Below, in pieces: positions 54,348-64,000 of a DNA stretch of 64,000 nt. This DNA comes from Verrucomicrobiota bacterium (lineage in GTDB: Bacteria; Verrucomicrobiota; Verrucomicrobiia; Limisphaerales; UBA8199). A program made the translations under genes and the position numbers. The stretch's first letter is position 1. Every line of letters begins with the position of its first letter. The notes beneath the pieces are model-generated. The model saw nothing but the letters and a program-made list of their open reading frames with translations. It made no database searches and was not told the origin of the DNA. Location: assembly GCA_012517205.1 (NCBI GenBank), contig JAAYVL010000122.1:10729-74728 (forward strand), written 5' to 3'.

Positions 54348-56057
54348 TCAAACGAACAGGCTGACGGACCGCATTTTGACAGAGTCAATAAGGCCCTGGT
54401 CGGTCAGTTTTAACTCCGGAATGGGGGAGAGACTCAGGAAGGAGAGGGTCATAAACGGGGTCGCCAACCGGCAACCCATCGCGCGAGCGGCGGCATTCAG
54501 GTCGGCGATGCGGTCAATAACTTCCGGGAGCGGACGATGGGAGACCAAACCGGCAATTGGCAGGGGGAGCGCCGCCCGCACTTTTCCGTCGCTGACGGCC
54601 ACCTGGCCACCCTGCATTTTAACCAGTTCCTCGATAGCCAGGGTGATGTCGGCATCCGTAACGCCCACTGCGATCACGTTGTGGGCGTCGTGGGCCACTG
54701 TCGAAGCCAAGGCGCCACACCGGAGTTTGAATCCCCGCACAAAGCCCACGCCGACATTGCCCGTGGCATGGTGCCGTTCGACCACGACCAGTTTGAGGAT
54801 ATCGCGCATGACATCGGACGCGACGTATCCTCCTTCGATCCGGGGCGTTTCAATGGCCTGCCGGGTGACGATTTGATGCGGTACCATCTCGATGACCCGG
54901 ATTCGGGACGAACCTTTGGCGCGGACAGCGAAATCGTCGGGGGCCTGGCAGCGCAGATTCATGGTGCTGCGCGGCGGGGGAGCCAGCGTGCGCGGCGGGG
55001 CCAGGTATTCGCCTTCCGCCGCGACCAGGATGCCTTTTTTATAGGTTTGTCGGACGACCAGCTTCTTGAGATCGTCGAAGACAATGAAATCCGCCCAGTA
55101 GCGCGGGGCGATGGCGCCGAAGTTGCGCAAGCGGTAATGCCGCGCGGTGCTGATCGTGGCGATTTGCAAGGCGGCCATCGGCGGCACCCCTTTTTTGATG
55201 GCCAGGCGCACGCAGTGGTCAATGTGGCCCTCGGCCACGAGGTCTCCCGCGAGTTTGTCATCCGTGGCCATGGAGCAATTCATGGCATTGTGAGAATTGA
55301 TGAGTGGCGCCAGAGTGGCCAGGTTGCGCTCGGTGCTGCCTTCCCGCAGCAGGACGTGCATTCCCAGACGCAGTTTTTCCCGGGCCTCGGCCAGTTTGGT
55401 GGATTCGTGATCCGACTGCACGCCGGCCAGGACATAGGCGTTGAGCAGTCGGCCGCGCAGTCCCGGGGCGTGCCCATCAATATTCTTGCCCTTGCCGGCT
55501 TGAATTTTGGCCAGCTCGCTTTCCAGGCCGAGATAGACGCCGGGAAAGTTCATTAGCTCGCCCACGCCGGCGATGCGTTCGTCGCCAATCATCAAACGGA
55601 GGTCTTCGGGCGTCACCCGTGCGCCAGACGTTTCGAGGGCGGTGGCCGGCACGCAGGAGGGAAGCATGACGAAGAAGTCCACCGGCAGGTTGGCGCTCGA
55701 CTCCAGGACGTAGCGGATGCCGTCCAGTCCCAGGACGTTGGCATATTCGTGCGGGTCAACCACCACGGCGCCGGTGCCATGCGGCACCACCGCGCGCGCA
55801 AACTCCCGCGGGGTGAGCATCGAGCTTTCCACGTGGAAGTGGCCGTCAATGAAACTCGGTGCCAGGTAGGCGCCCTTCAGGTCAATGATTTGTCTGGCCC
55901 GATAGTCGCCCAGGCCGACGACCCGCCCGTCGTCCACGGCTACGTTGGCACGGTAGATTTCGCCGCTGAGAACATTGATGAGGCGGGCATTTTTGAAAAG
56001 CCGTTCGGCGGGCCGTTCCCCGCGCGCAATGCTCAGCTTTCGCTGAAGTTCTCGCAT
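54348..56057 (-). CDS. ade: Adenine deaminase
   Basis: IARGERPAERLFKNARLINVLSGEIY..VAVDDGRVVGLG, the amidohydrolase metal motif PSFIDGHFHVESS, and HESTKLAEAREKLRLGMHVLLREGS. The start was set at MRELQRK. Confidence 0.8.
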   Translation of the reverse strand: MRELQRKLSIARGERPAERLFKNARLINVLSGEIYRANVAVDDGRVVGLGDYRARQIIDLKGAYLAPSFIDGHFHVESSMLTPREFARAVVPHGTGAVVVDPHEYANVLGLDGIRYVLESSANLPVDFFVMLPSCVPATALETSGARVTPEDLRLMIGDERIAGVGELMNFPGVYLGLESELAKIQAGKGKNIDGHAPGLRGRLLNAYVLAGVQSDHESTKLAEAREKLRLGMHVLLREGSTERNLATLAPLINSHNAMNCSMATDDKLAGDLVAEGHIDHCVRLAIKKGVPPMAALQIATISTARHYRLRNFGAIAPRYWADFIVFDDLKKLVVRQTYKKGILVAAEGEYLAPPRTLAPPPRSTMNLRCQAPDDFAVRAKGSSRIRVIEMVPHQIVTRQAIETPRIEGGYVASDVMRDILKLVVVERHHATGNVGVGFVRGFKLRCGALASTVAHDAHNVIAVGVTDADITLAIEELVKMQGGQVAVSDGKVRAALPLPIAGLVSHRPLPEVIDRIADLNAAARAMGCRLATPFMTLSFLSLSPIPELKLTDQGLIDSVKMRSVSLFV

Positions 56058-56587
56058 AGCCAAGCATGTTCCGGGGTTTTTATCTGCGCGAGCAAAAAAG
56101 CGCAAGGTTGCAGCGCGGAGCCCACCGGGGGAAATCGAACTGTGCTTCTATTGCAGGGTGACGCGGCGAATTAACCTCCGATCTTAGCCGAAACAATTTA
56201 GATTTAACTCCAATTCGATCTCACAGAACGCGCAAGTTTCTGGTTTTACAGGCGAAAAACATTCGGAAACCAGTGGCCAGACCGGTGAATTCGTGAGCCA
56301 AACGGCTCGTTGTGGCTATCCGCTGGCCTGTCAGGCCTGCTTCGGTCCTGGTGGAACGAAGGGATAAGGTTGAACTACGCAACGCCAACGTTTCAGATAA
56401 CGTATTCGCGAAGCCAAAAGCCCTTCGAACACTCGCTTGCCCTTGAAAAGCCGCTTTTTGCCAGCCCTGACTTCATAACCGGCTGCTTTTACAGAACTTA
56501 GTAATTACCTTACCGTCCTCTCGCGTCGTTTTGGCCTTTCCAAGCATCCGGATTCATTATCCATATCCCTTGGATTTAGGCTATTCC

Positions 56588-56692
56588 TACGCCGTGTACA
56601 AGGGGTGTACAAGGGATGCTCACCGGGAGTCCATGGGATTTTAGCTGGTGCATCCGATGGGCATCCCTTGTACACCCCTTGTACACGGCGTA
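56588..56692. repeat. Hairpin repeat copy 3 (core), embedded in a longer imperfect hairpin 56563-56717
   Basis: TACGCCGTGTACAAGGGGTGTACAAGGGATGCTCACCGG ... CCGATGGGCATCCCTTGTACACCCCTTGTACACGGCGTA. Outer arms ATATCCCTTGGATTTA (56563-56578) and TAAATCCAAGGGATGT (56702-56717) also pair. Confidence 0.9.
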
Positions 56693-57037
56693 GAGGCAGG
56701 GTAAATCCAAGGGATGTCCAAGGCAGGCTTCAACCGAAACGAGTTGGGTTCCGATTCTATTTCACTCTTCCCAATGTGCGTAAGTCATTGATCTTACAGG
56801 CAAAAGACGTTTGGGATTCAGCAGCTATGCCGCTGATTTCGCTAAACAAGGGATCGTTGGGGTTATGACCAGGGCGCTCGGGACCTCCCGGGCTCCGATA
56901 GAACGCGGGCGGGCGGTTGAACCACCTCTCTAAATCGTTTCGGTTTAGCCACTCAGGCAGGAAGCGTGGAGGGCGCGCAAGGCAAAACAAAGGTTGAATT
57001 AGCGGGCGTTCGCGGTGAATAATGGGCTATACGGATT

Positions 57038-57544
57038 ATGAGCCTGGATGCTGCACAACGGACTAAAGTGGCGGAGTGGATCGAGCAGGGCCTGAAGCTT
57101 TCTGAGATTCAGAGCCGGCTGGCTTCGGAAATGGGGGTTCGGCTGACCTATATGGAGGCGCGCCTGTTGGTGGATGACCTGAAACTTACGCCGAAAGATG
57201 CCGAACCATCTGAAGTGGTTGAGTCCGCGCTTGTTGACGCCACGCGCGGGGCACCACCGGAGGCGGCCCAAGCCAGGGGCAACCCACAATCCGCCGCGCC
57301 CGAGTCGGCACTGACGGGCGGCAGTTCTGGAAACGTGGCGGTCTCGGTGGATCAGGTTGCCCGACCCGGCGCGATGGTAAGCGGCAAAGTCACTTTTAGC
57401 GATGGCAACACCGCGGCCTGGCAATTTGATGAGTTGGGGCGGCTGGCTCTGGCGCCGTCCCAAGCCGGCTATCGGCCCTCGCCGGCCGATGTGGAGAAGT
57501 TCCAGATGGCACTGGATGCTGAACTGAACAAACTGGGGCTTTGA
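57038..57544 (+). CDS. Hypothetical protein (168 aa)
   Basis: ORF with plausible codon usage. Its helical N-terminal segment (VAEWIEQGLKLSEIQSRLASEMG) looks HTH-like. No family recognised. Confidence 0.45.
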   Translation: MSLDAAQRTKVAEWIEQGLKLSEIQSRLASEMGVRLTYMEARLLVDDLKLTPKDAEPSEVVESALVDATRGAPPEAAQARGNPQSAAPESALTGGSSGNVAVSVDQVARPGAMVSGKVTFSDGNTAAWQFDELGRLALAPSQAGYRPSPADVEKFQMALDAELNKLGL

Positions 57545-57569
57545 ACCGCGGAAGTATTCGCACCCTGGA

Positions 57570-58643
57570 ATGAGTAAACCTGATTTAACGCACCTGACCC
57601 GCCGACGGTTTTTGCAAGTCGCGGCGTATGGATTGGCCCTGGGCAATGCCGGCCTTGCCGCCGCCGCCGGGCGGCGCACCACGGCGCCTTTCTTCCGCAC
57701 GCGCGGCGTGGTGCTGACCCCCGACGACCTGACGCTTCCCGATTGGCCCAAACGCGCCCGGATGGCGGGGTTGACCACTCTTGCGCTCCACGCGCCCCAT
57801 TCGCCGCGCCGACTGGCTGACTATATGCGGTCAGCGCCCGGGCGGAAATTCCTGGCTGCTTGCCGGCGGCATCGCCTGGCGGTTGAATACGAATTGCACG
57901 CCATGCAGGATCTGCTGCCGCGGGAGTATTTTGACCGGGCCCCCAAAATGTTCCGTATGGACGAAAAAGGCCAGCGGGTTCGCGATGGGAATTTGTGCGT
58001 GCACTCGGCCCCGGGGATGCAGATTGTTGCCGATAATGCGGTTGCCCTGGCGCAGGCGCTGCGCCCCACCACGGGCCGTTATTTTTACTGGGGCGACGAT
58101 GGTTGTACTTGGTGCCGCTGCCCGCAATGCAACGGCCTGAGCGACAGTGACCAGGCATTGCTTGTCGCCAATCGAATACTCGAAGCCCTCCGCAAGGTGG
58201 ATGCCCGGGCGCAGGTTGCCCACCTGGCCTACCATAACACGCTGCCACCGCCCCGGAAGGTCAAGCCCGAGCCGGGCATTTTCCTTGAATACGCGCCGAT
58301 CCACCGCCGTTATGACGCGCCGTTTGAGCAGTCCGACGATGCCCAGACGCGGCGGGAATTTGAGTTGCTCGATGCGAACCTGGCGGTTTTTGACCGAACG
58401 ACAGCGCAGGTGTTGGAATACTGGCTTGATGCTTCGCTTTTTTCCAAGTGGAAGAAACCCGCCGTGAAGGTGCCGTTCCTTCCGCAGGTCCTGGCAGCGG
58501 ATTTGAATACCTACGGTCGCCGTGGTATTCGCCATGTGACGACCTTTGGGGTGTACTTGGATGCGGAATACGTTTCCCGGCATGGGGAACCCCCGCTCCA
58601 AGAGTATGGCGAGCAACTTCGCCGGTGGGCGCCCGACAAATGA
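57570..58643 (+). CDS. Tat-signal protein, possibly DUF4838-like glycosidase-fold protein
   Basis: Twin-arginine signal LTRRRFLQVAAYGLALGNAGLAAAAG and a WCRCPQC motif. The DUF4838 resemblance is from memory and unverified. Confidence 0.45.
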   Translation: MSKPDLTHLTRRRFLQVAAYGLALGNAGLAAAAGRRTTAPFFRTRGVVLTPDDLTLPDWPKRARMAGLTTLALHAPHSPRRLADYMRSAPGRKFLAACRRHRLAVEYELHAMQDLLPREYFDRAPKMFRMDEKGQRVRDGNLCVHSAPGMQIVADNAVALAQALRPTTGRYFYWGDDGCTWCRCPQCNGLSDSDQALLVANRILEALRKVDARAQVAHLAYHNTLPPPRKVKPEPGIFLEYAPIHRRYDAPFEQSDDAQTRREFELLDANLAVFDRTTAQVLEYWLDASLFSKWKKPAVKVPFLPQVLAADLNTYGRRGIRHVTTFGVYLDAEYVSRHGEPPLQEYGEQLRRWAPDK

Positions 58644-58848
58644 GACGGCCGTTCTAAACGAGGAACAGAGCGCCTCGGGTGCGAAGCTGCGGGCGTGGCT
58701 GGCGGCAGGACGCCGCCGGCAGCAAGCGGGTTGCGTGCCCTCTTCGCTTCCCGCGGCAGGGCCAAGGGCGGCCGGGTGATTCCGGCGCGAGGTTCGTTGC
58801 CGGTTTTTGTTTGGAGCGGTCGCGGATTTGGGTGAAGATAATAACCTT

Positions 58849-59604
58849 ATGCAGGCGGCAAAACTGGTTGAGTTATTGGGCGAATCCTCGCAGATACTGT
58901 TTTTTACCGGGGCGGGCATATCCACGGGCAGCGGGATACCTGACTTTCGCGGGCCGGACGGCGTGTGGAAATATCGGCAACCGGTGTACTACCATGATTT
59001 TATGCGGTCGGAAGCGGCGCGGATTGAGCACTGGGATTTCAAGCTCGAGGGCTGGGAGGCCTTTCGAACGGCGCGTCCGAACGCAGTCCACGAGGCCATT
59101 GTGCGTTTGGAACGCGCGGGCAAGGTACGGGCGGTCGTGACGCAAAATATAGACGGGCTGCACGCGCGGGCTGGCACGGCGGCCGGACTTTTAATCGAAT
59201 TGCATGGCACGAACCGTCTTATTGAATGCCAGACTTGCGGGCGGCGATCGGAGCCCGAGGCGCACTTCGAGTATTTTCGCAAGACCCGCCGCCCGCCCGT
59301 GTGTGAGTGCGGCGGCTTTCTGAAACCAGCGACGATTAGCTTCGGCCAAAACCTGCGAATCGAAGATCTGGAAAAGGCGGAAGACATGGCCCAGGGCGCT
59401 GATTTGGTCGTGGCGTTGGGCTCGACGCTGTCCGTCCATCCCGCCGCGGATATTCCGCTGCTGGCGGCGAGGCGGGGCGCGCCGTATGTGATCATCAATC
59501 GCGGGCCGACAGAGCACGATGAGATGCCGGAGGTGACGTTGCGGATCGAGGGCGATGTGGGGGAGATCTTTCCGCCGGCCGTTGCGGCGGCGCTGAAGGT
59601 TTAG
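58849..59604 (+). CDS. cobB: NAD-dependent protein deacylase, Sir2 family
   Basis: The start was set at MQAAKLVELL. Motifs FFTGAGISTGSGIPDFRGPDG, TQNIDGLH, ELHG, and the zinc cysteines CQTCGRR...CECGG. Confidence 0.85.
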   Translation: MQAAKLVELLGESSQILFFTGAGISTGSGIPDFRGPDGVWKYRQPVYYHDFMRSEAARIEHWDFKLEGWEAFRTARPNAVHEAIVRLERAGKVRAVVTQNIDGLHARAGTAAGLLIELHGTNRLIECQTCGRRSEPEAHFEYFRKTRRPPVCECGGFLKPATISFGQNLRIEDLEKAEDMAQGADLVVALGSTLSVHPAADIPLLAARRGAPYVIINRGPTEHDEMPEVTLRIEGDVGEIFPPAVAAALKV

Positions 59605-59739
59605 CGCACTGGTTGGTTGAAGTCTGGCGCAAAGCGGCATTGTTAGCCGGCCGGGCGGGCAACCGCGGGCGAGGTTTCGGCGCGAACGATTCTGAACAAG
59701 AGGCTTTTGCTGTCCCTGGTTTTGGTTCATTCTGCGGGC

Positions 59740-60594
59740 GTGAAACCGTTGTCGGTGGAAAAAGTTCGCACCGTTGTCCGTTCCGCGCTGGCCGAAGACC
59801 TGGGCCGCGGGGATGTGACAACTCTGGCCACGGTGCCGGAGAGTGCGCATGCCTGGGCGGAAATCCGCCCGCGTGAGGCGATCGTGGTGGCGGGCCTGTC
59901 GCTGGCCGAAGCAGCTTTTCGGGAAATCAGCCCGGCGGTGCGGGTAAAGCGCGCCACCGCGGATGGCCGGCGCGCAGCCGCCGGCGAGCCTTTGCTCGTG
60001 ATTAACGGACCCGCCCGCGCCCTGCTCAGTGCCGAACGCGTCGCGCTTAATTTCCTTCAGCGCCTTTGTGGCATCGCCACGTTAACCGCGCAGTTCGTTG
60101 CGGCCGTCAGGGGTACGCGTGCGAAAATACTCGATACCCGCAAGACCACGCCGGGATGGCGCTGGCTGGAAAAATACGCGGTCGCCTGCGGCGGCGGACG
60201 GAATCACCGTTTCGGTTTGTTTGATATGGTGCTGATTAAGGATAACCACCTGGCGGTGCTGAAGGACAAAACGCCCAATGCCATTGTGGCTGCGGTGCGG
60301 CGAGCGCGGGCCCGCTATCCGAAGCTCAAGGTGGAGGTTGAAGCGGATACGCTGGAGCAGGTGGCGCAGGCGGTCGCCGCCGGGGCGGACCTGGTCCTGC
60401 TCGATAATATGAGCCTGCCCCAGTTGCGCCGGGCGGTTGCGCAGTGCAAAGGGCGCGCGCTGACCGAAGCCAGCGGCGGGGTGACTTTGCGGCGCGTGCG
60501 CGCGCTGGCCCAAACCGGAGTGGATTACATCTCGGTGGGGGCGCTCACCCATTCCGCCCGCGCGGTTGACATCGGGCTTGATTTCCGGAGCTGA
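59740..60594 (+). CDS. nadC: Nicotinate-nucleotide pyrophosphorylase (quinolinate phosphoribosyltransferase)
   Basis: LAEDLGRGDVT, ERVALNFLQRLCGIATLT, ILDTRKTTPGWR, GGGRNHRFGL, MVLIKDNH, LLDNM. The start is GTG 59740 or TTG 59707. Confidence 0.85.
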   Translation: MKPLSVEKVRTVVRSALAEDLGRGDVTTLATVPESAHAWAEIRPREAIVVAGLSLAEAAFREISPAVRVKRATADGRRAAAGEPLLVINGPARALLSAERVALNFLQRLCGIATLTAQFVAAVRGTRAKILDTRKTTPGWRWLEKYAVACGGGRNHRFGLFDMVLIKDNHLAVLKDKTPNAIVAAVRRARARYPKLKVEVEADTLEQVAQAVAAGADLVLLDNMSLPQLRRAVAQCKGRALTEASGGVTLRRVRALAQTGVDYISVGALTHSARAVDIGLDFRS

Positions 60595-60607
60595 CGGGAA
60601 CGCATAC

Positions 60608-61588
60608 ATGAGCCTGGACGTGCAAATCCTTAGTGCGCTGCGGGGCCCCGGCGATGGCGCGGTCTCGGGCGCGGAATTGTCGCAGAAGCTGGGAGTGAGC
60701 CGCGCGGCGGTATGGGCGCATATAGAGGACTTGCGGCGGCTCGGCTACGACATTGAGGCGAGTCCGCACCGGGGGTATCGGTTGTTGAGCGCGCCAGACT
60801 TGCTGCATGCGGATGATATGCGGTCGCGCCTGGGGCCGACGCGGGTTATTGGGCGAGACATCCGGGTATTCGAGGAGACTGCTTCGACTAGTGATGTGAT
60901 CGAAAAGCTGGCGCGTGATGGTGTTCGGGAAGGGGTGGTGGTTTTCGCGGAATCGCAAACGCGGGGCAGGGGACGGCTGGGGCGAAAATGGGTATCGCCG
61001 GCTCGCCGCGGGTTGTGGTTTTCGGTTCTCCTGCGCCCGGCGGTGCGGCCGCAGGAAGTCACACGGCTGACGGTGGCATCGGCCACAGCAGTGCGGCGGG
61101 CCATTGAATCGCTGACCGGGCTGAAGCCGAAAATCAAGTGGCCGAACGACATCCTGATTCGAGGGCGGAAGGTTGCCGGCATCCTCACGGAGTTGAGCGC
61201 CGAATTGGACTGCGTAAGGCACGTGGCGCTTGGCATTGGGGTGAATGTGAACCTGGAGCCCGGGGATCTGCCCCCGGAACTGCGCGCGCAGACGACCTCC
61301 CTGAAGATAGAATCCAGCCGAACAGTTTTGCGACCGGAGTTGGCAGTGGCAATTTTGCGCGAATTGGACCGCGATTACGCCCGCACGGCCACCGGCCAGT
61401 TTGCCGCGCTGGCGGAGGAATGGGAAGAGCATAGCGCCACGATGGGACAGGAAATCGTCATTCGCGTCGGCGATCGCCAGGTCCGCGGACGGGCGGAGTC
61501 ATTGAATGATGACGGCGCGCTGCTTTTGCGCTCCGACCATGGGCGCCTGGAACGGGTTGTCGGGGGAGATGTGGCGCTGGCAAAATGA
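60608..61588 (+). CDS. birA: Bifunctional biotin-protein ligase / biotin operon repressor
   Basis: An N-terminal HTH (SGAELSQKLGVSRAAVWAHIEDLRRLG) precedes the ligase motifs GRGRLGRKW and KWPNDILIRGRKVAGILTE. Confidence 0.85.
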   Translation: MSLDVQILSALRGPGDGAVSGAELSQKLGVSRAAVWAHIEDLRRLGYDIEASPHRGYRLLSAPDLLHADDMRSRLGPTRVIGRDIRVFEETASTSDVIEKLARDGVREGVVVFAESQTRGRGRLGRKWVSPARRGLWFSVLLRPAVRPQEVTRLTVASATAVRRAIESLTGLKPKIKWPNDILIRGRKVAGILTELSAELDCVRHVALGIGVNVNLEPGDLPPELRAQTTSLKIESSRTVLRPELAVAILRELDRDYARTATGQFAALAEEWEEHSATMGQEIVIRVGDRQVRGRAESLNDDGALLLRSDHGRLERVVGGDVALAK

Positions 61589-62406
61589 TTCTCCTGTTTG
61601 ACATCGGCAACACGCACACCCACCTGGGGCTGGCGGATGCCCGGCGGGTATTGAAACAGGCGAACCTGCCGACCGTGGCCTGGGGGCGAGGCAGCCCACG
61701 AGGTGTGCTTCAGCGATTTGCGGGAGGCGCACGGTTGGAGGGAGCGGTATTATGCAGCGTGGTCCCGCGTGCGACCGCCTGGGTTCACCAGGCAATCCGG
61801 CAACTTTGGAATCTGCCTTGCCTCGAGCTGACCTCAAAAACTCTTTGCGGTGTAGGCATCAACTATCCGCGCCCCGCAACGATTGGCGCCGATCGCTTGG
61901 CCAATGCGGTTGCGGCGCGCCACCACTTTGGCGCTCCGGTGGTGGTGGTGGACTTCGGGACCGCCGTGACGTTTGATGTGGTGGATCGCGCCGGAGATTA
62001 TGTTGGAGGCATTATCGCTCCCGGACTGTCCGCGATGACCGATTACCTGCACGAGAAGACCGCGTTGCTGCCCCGCATCCGTATTCGTGAAGTTCAAAGC
62101 GTGATTGGCAAGAGCACCGAGCAGGCCATGCGCGTTGGCGCAGTGCAAGGTTATCGTGGCTTGATTCAGGAGCTGATTCGGGCGTTGAAGCGTGAACTCA
62201 AGGCCCCCCGTCTTCCTGTTGTGGCGACCGGGGGTTGTGCGGAACTGATTGGGGCCAGGCTAAAAGTGATTACTGCGGTGGATCCGCTGCTGACGCTCGA
62301 AGGACTTCGCTTGGAGTGGCAGGCAAAGCATCCTGACCGGGGGGATAAGTCAATGTCGGAGCGGGGGCGCGCGCAAAGGAGTCAGGAGACGCCAGCTATT
62401 TGCTGA
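61585..62406 (+). CDS. coaX: Type III pantothenate kinase
   Basis: ATGA overlap with birA. Motifs MILLFDIGNTHTHLGL, GADRLANAVAA, VVVDFGTAVTFD, ATGGCA. Confidence 0.85.
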   Translation: MILLFDIGNTHTHLGLADARRVLKQANLPTVAWGRGSPRGVLQRFAGGARLEGAVLCSVVPRATAWVHQAIRQLWNLPCLELTSKTLCGVGINYPRPATIGADRLANAVAARHHFGAPVVVVDFGTAVTFDVVDRAGDYVGGIIAPGLSAMTDYLHEKTALLPRIRIREVQSVIGKSTEQAMRVGAVQGYRGLIQELIRALKRELKAPRLPVVATGGCAELIGARLKVITAVDPLLTLEGLRLEWQAKHPDRGDKSMSERGRAQRSQETPAIC

Positions 62407-62458
62407 GTGGCGGTTGGTGATTCAAAAAGCGGATAATCATAGTGCATTGGGCAACGCG

Positions 62459-63355
62459 ATGCCGTCGGTCAGCCGTTGGCATTCCCGTGCCGGGTTGTCG
62501 TACGGCATTGGAGCGTACATGGTGTGGGGGGTTATTCCCCTCTATTTTCATGTGGTGGCAGAGGTGCCTCCCTGGGAGATTTTGTGCCATCGGATAGCCT
62601 GGTCGGCCCTCTTTCTGGCGCTGGTGGTGTCGGTTCGCGGTGAATGGCAGGCTCTGCGACCCATCCTGCGCAGCCGTCGGAAGATGTTGCTCCTCTCTGT
62701 AGGTTCCGTCCTCATCGCCTTGAACTGGCTGATATTCATTTACGCCGTCATCAGCCAGCAAGTTCTGGAAGCCAGCCTGGGCTATTTCATCAATCCACTG
62801 CTATCGGTTGCGCTTGGGATGATCTTCCTTCGGGAGCGCCTGCAAGGTTGGCAGTGGTTCGCAGTGGGCATCGCCGGGGTTGCCGTTGCCAACCTGGCAT
62901 GGCGAGGCTCGGGCTTTCCCTGGATCGCGGTTTCGTTGGCCGGCACCTTTGGTTTCTACGGTCTTGTACGCAAGGCCGTGAACGTAAACTCGCTACATGG
63001 TCTGCTGGTTGAAACAGCGCTGCTGGTCCCCTTGGGGTTGCTGGTGCTGGCTATTGTGCCTGCTCCTCCGCTTCCGGTTTTGACCCTGGGCGTGCTGTCA
63101 TTGTCGGGCATTATTACCGCGGTGCCGTTGCTGATGTTTGGCGCGGCGTTGCGCCGATTGAAACTTTCCACCATCGGCTTTCTGCAATACATTGGCCCGA
63201 CGCTGCAATTGCTGGTCGCCACAGCGATCTTCCGAGAACCGCTTGACCGAATTAAGCTTGCCAGTTTTATCCTCTGCTGGTTGGGCATAGCGGTTTATAC
63301 CGCTGATTCAGTTCTCTCTAATTCCTTGCAGCCGGTAGCTGATGAGCCGGAATAA
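62459..63355 (+). CDS. rarD: EamA-family transporter RarD
   Basis: GIGAYMVWGVIPLYFH, EILCHRIAWS. It has ten hydrophobic segments in two EamA halves. The start is uncertain: ATG 62459 is used, TTG 62414 is possible. Confidence 0.7.
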   Translation: MPSVSRWHSRAGLSYGIGAYMVWGVIPLYFHVVAEVPPWEILCHRIAWSALFLALVVSVRGEWQALRPILRSRRKMLLLSVGSVLIALNWLIFIYAVISQQVLEASLGYFINPLLSVALGMIFLRERLQGWQWFAVGIAGVAVANLAWRGSGFPWIAVSLAGTFGFYGLVRKAVNVNSLHGLLVETALLVPLGLLVLAIVPAPPLPVLTLGVLSLSGIITAVPLLMFGAALRRLKLSTIGFLQYIGPTLQLLVATAIFREPLDRIKLASFILCWLGIAVYTADSVLSNSLQPVADEPE

Positions 63356-63357
63356 TG

Positions 63358-63445
63358 CAGAAACCGCAACCCGGCTAGCCGTTGGACTTAACCGATTCCG
63401 GACAGCCGTACGGGAGCCGCCTTCGGGCAAGTTAGCCGGTTTCTG
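63358..63445. terminator. Possible bidirectional hairpin between convergent rarD and histidine-kinase genes
   Basis: CAGAAACCG (63358-63366) pairs with CGGTTTCTG (63437-63445), and CCGGCTA (63371-63377) pairs with TAGCCGG (63433-63439). An inner GCC-TTCG-GGC tetraloop hairpin lies at 63419-63428. No clear U-tract, so this is weak. Confidence 0.2.
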
Positions 63446-63461
63446 TACTTGAGGAACTGGG

Positions 63462-64000
63462 TTAATCAGGCGAAGGAGCTTCCAGCAAGCGGGGTTTTCG
63501 TTCGTGCAGGGGCAGCCAGATGCGAAAGGTAGTGCCGCGGTCTTCCCGGCTTTCGAGTTCGAGGTGGCCGCCGTGCGCCCGGACGATACGCTGGACGATC
63601 ATCAGGCCCAAGCCGGTCCCCTTTTCCTTGGTTGTGTAAAAAGGCTCAAAGATGCGGTTGACTTGTTCCTGTTGAATGCCACTGCCGGTGTCCGCGACGC
63701 TGACCCAGACGCCATCGGCCCCTTCGCCGGTTTGCACGGTGAGGGTGCCGCCCCGGGTCATCGCCTGGATCGCGTTTTTAATGAGGTTTACCAGAAGTTG
63801 TTGGATTTGAGTCGCATCCAGGGGGGCCAGAGGCAGTTGGGGAGCCAGGCGGGTGCGGAGTTGCAAACCGCGGTTATCCATTTCCACCTGCAGCAATTGA
63901 AGGGTTTTCTGGACGACTTCGTTAAGTGAGGCCGGTTTAAGCTGTGGCTGGCTAGGTCGAATCGCCTGCAGGAATTGGGTAATGATGTAGTCGAGCCGAT
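63462..64000 (-). CDS. Sensor histidine kinase, C-terminal HATPase_c part; 5' end lies outside the window
   Basis: The frame stays open upstream to the window edge (RLDYIITQFLQAIRPSQPQLKPASLNEVVQKTLQLL...). N box QLLVNLIKNAIQAM, G1 DTGSGI, G2 GTGLGLMIV. Confidence 0.7.
   Translation of the reverse strand, partial: RLDYIITQFLQAIRPSQPQLKPASLNEVVQKTLQLLQVEMDNRGLQLRTRLAPQLPLAPLDATQIQQLLVNLIKNAIQAMTRGGTLTVQTGEGADGVWVSVADTGSGIQQEQVNRIFEPFYTTKEKGTGLGLMIVQRIVRAHGGHLELESREDRGTTFRIWLPLHERKPRLLEAPSPD

Noticed and set aside
56117-56190. tRNA-like T-loop signature (minus-strand GTTCGATTTCCCCC) suggesting a tRNA, tmRNA end or att-site remnant
   Set aside because: I could not build an acceptor stem, D arm or anticodon arm in either orientation, and the T-stem does not pair. 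At most it is a chance match or a highly degraded fragment.

Overview
High-G+C bacterial chromosomal window. The gene content (PEP-CTERM protein, futalosine-pathway menaquinone genes, GldA/F/G-type ABC module, many twin-arginine signals) suggests a PVC/Verrucomicrobiota-like organism, but that is inference only. I can support about 55 protein-coding genes, mostly housekeeping or metabolic. They include a galactose locus (symporter-galM-galK), an orphan GspE-like ATPase with an OmpA/MotB-like protein, gldA/F/G plus a DUF4340-like gene, dtd, an OYE flavoprotein, an acyl-CoA synthetase, thiE, a Ser/Thr kinase, comF, accD and the dTDP-rhamnose genes rfbACDB. Further on are ftsK, mqnA plus a radical-SAM mqn gene, a CE15-like esterase, glpQ, manC, trpA, gcvP, an ACT protein, a GH13 enzyme, a GHL10-type hydrolase, argB, adenine deaminase, cobB, nadC, birA, coaX, rarD and a partial histidine kinase. 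I found no rRNA, tRNA, CRISPR array, transposase or integrase. Two things stand out. (1) A 9.5-kb, seven-gene, translationally coupled operon (25116-34663) combines three Tat-exported periplasmic proteins (a tiny Cys/Trp peptide, an NHL propeller, a four-cluster ferredoxin), a NapH/MauN-like membrane polyferredoxin, a membrane-tethered PQQ-like propeller, and a cytoplasmic NuoE-NuoF fusion with a 2Fe-2S/GltD-like flavoprotein. I do not recognise this combination as a described system. (2) A family of ~100-nt near-perfect hairpin repeats, built from phased GTGTACAAGGG units, occurs three times in intergenic DNA about 20-22 kb apart. The copies show compensated arm substitutions, and 17-19-bp perfect palindromes lie nearby. 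Many long ORFs antisense to real genes are high-GC artefacts and were rejected.
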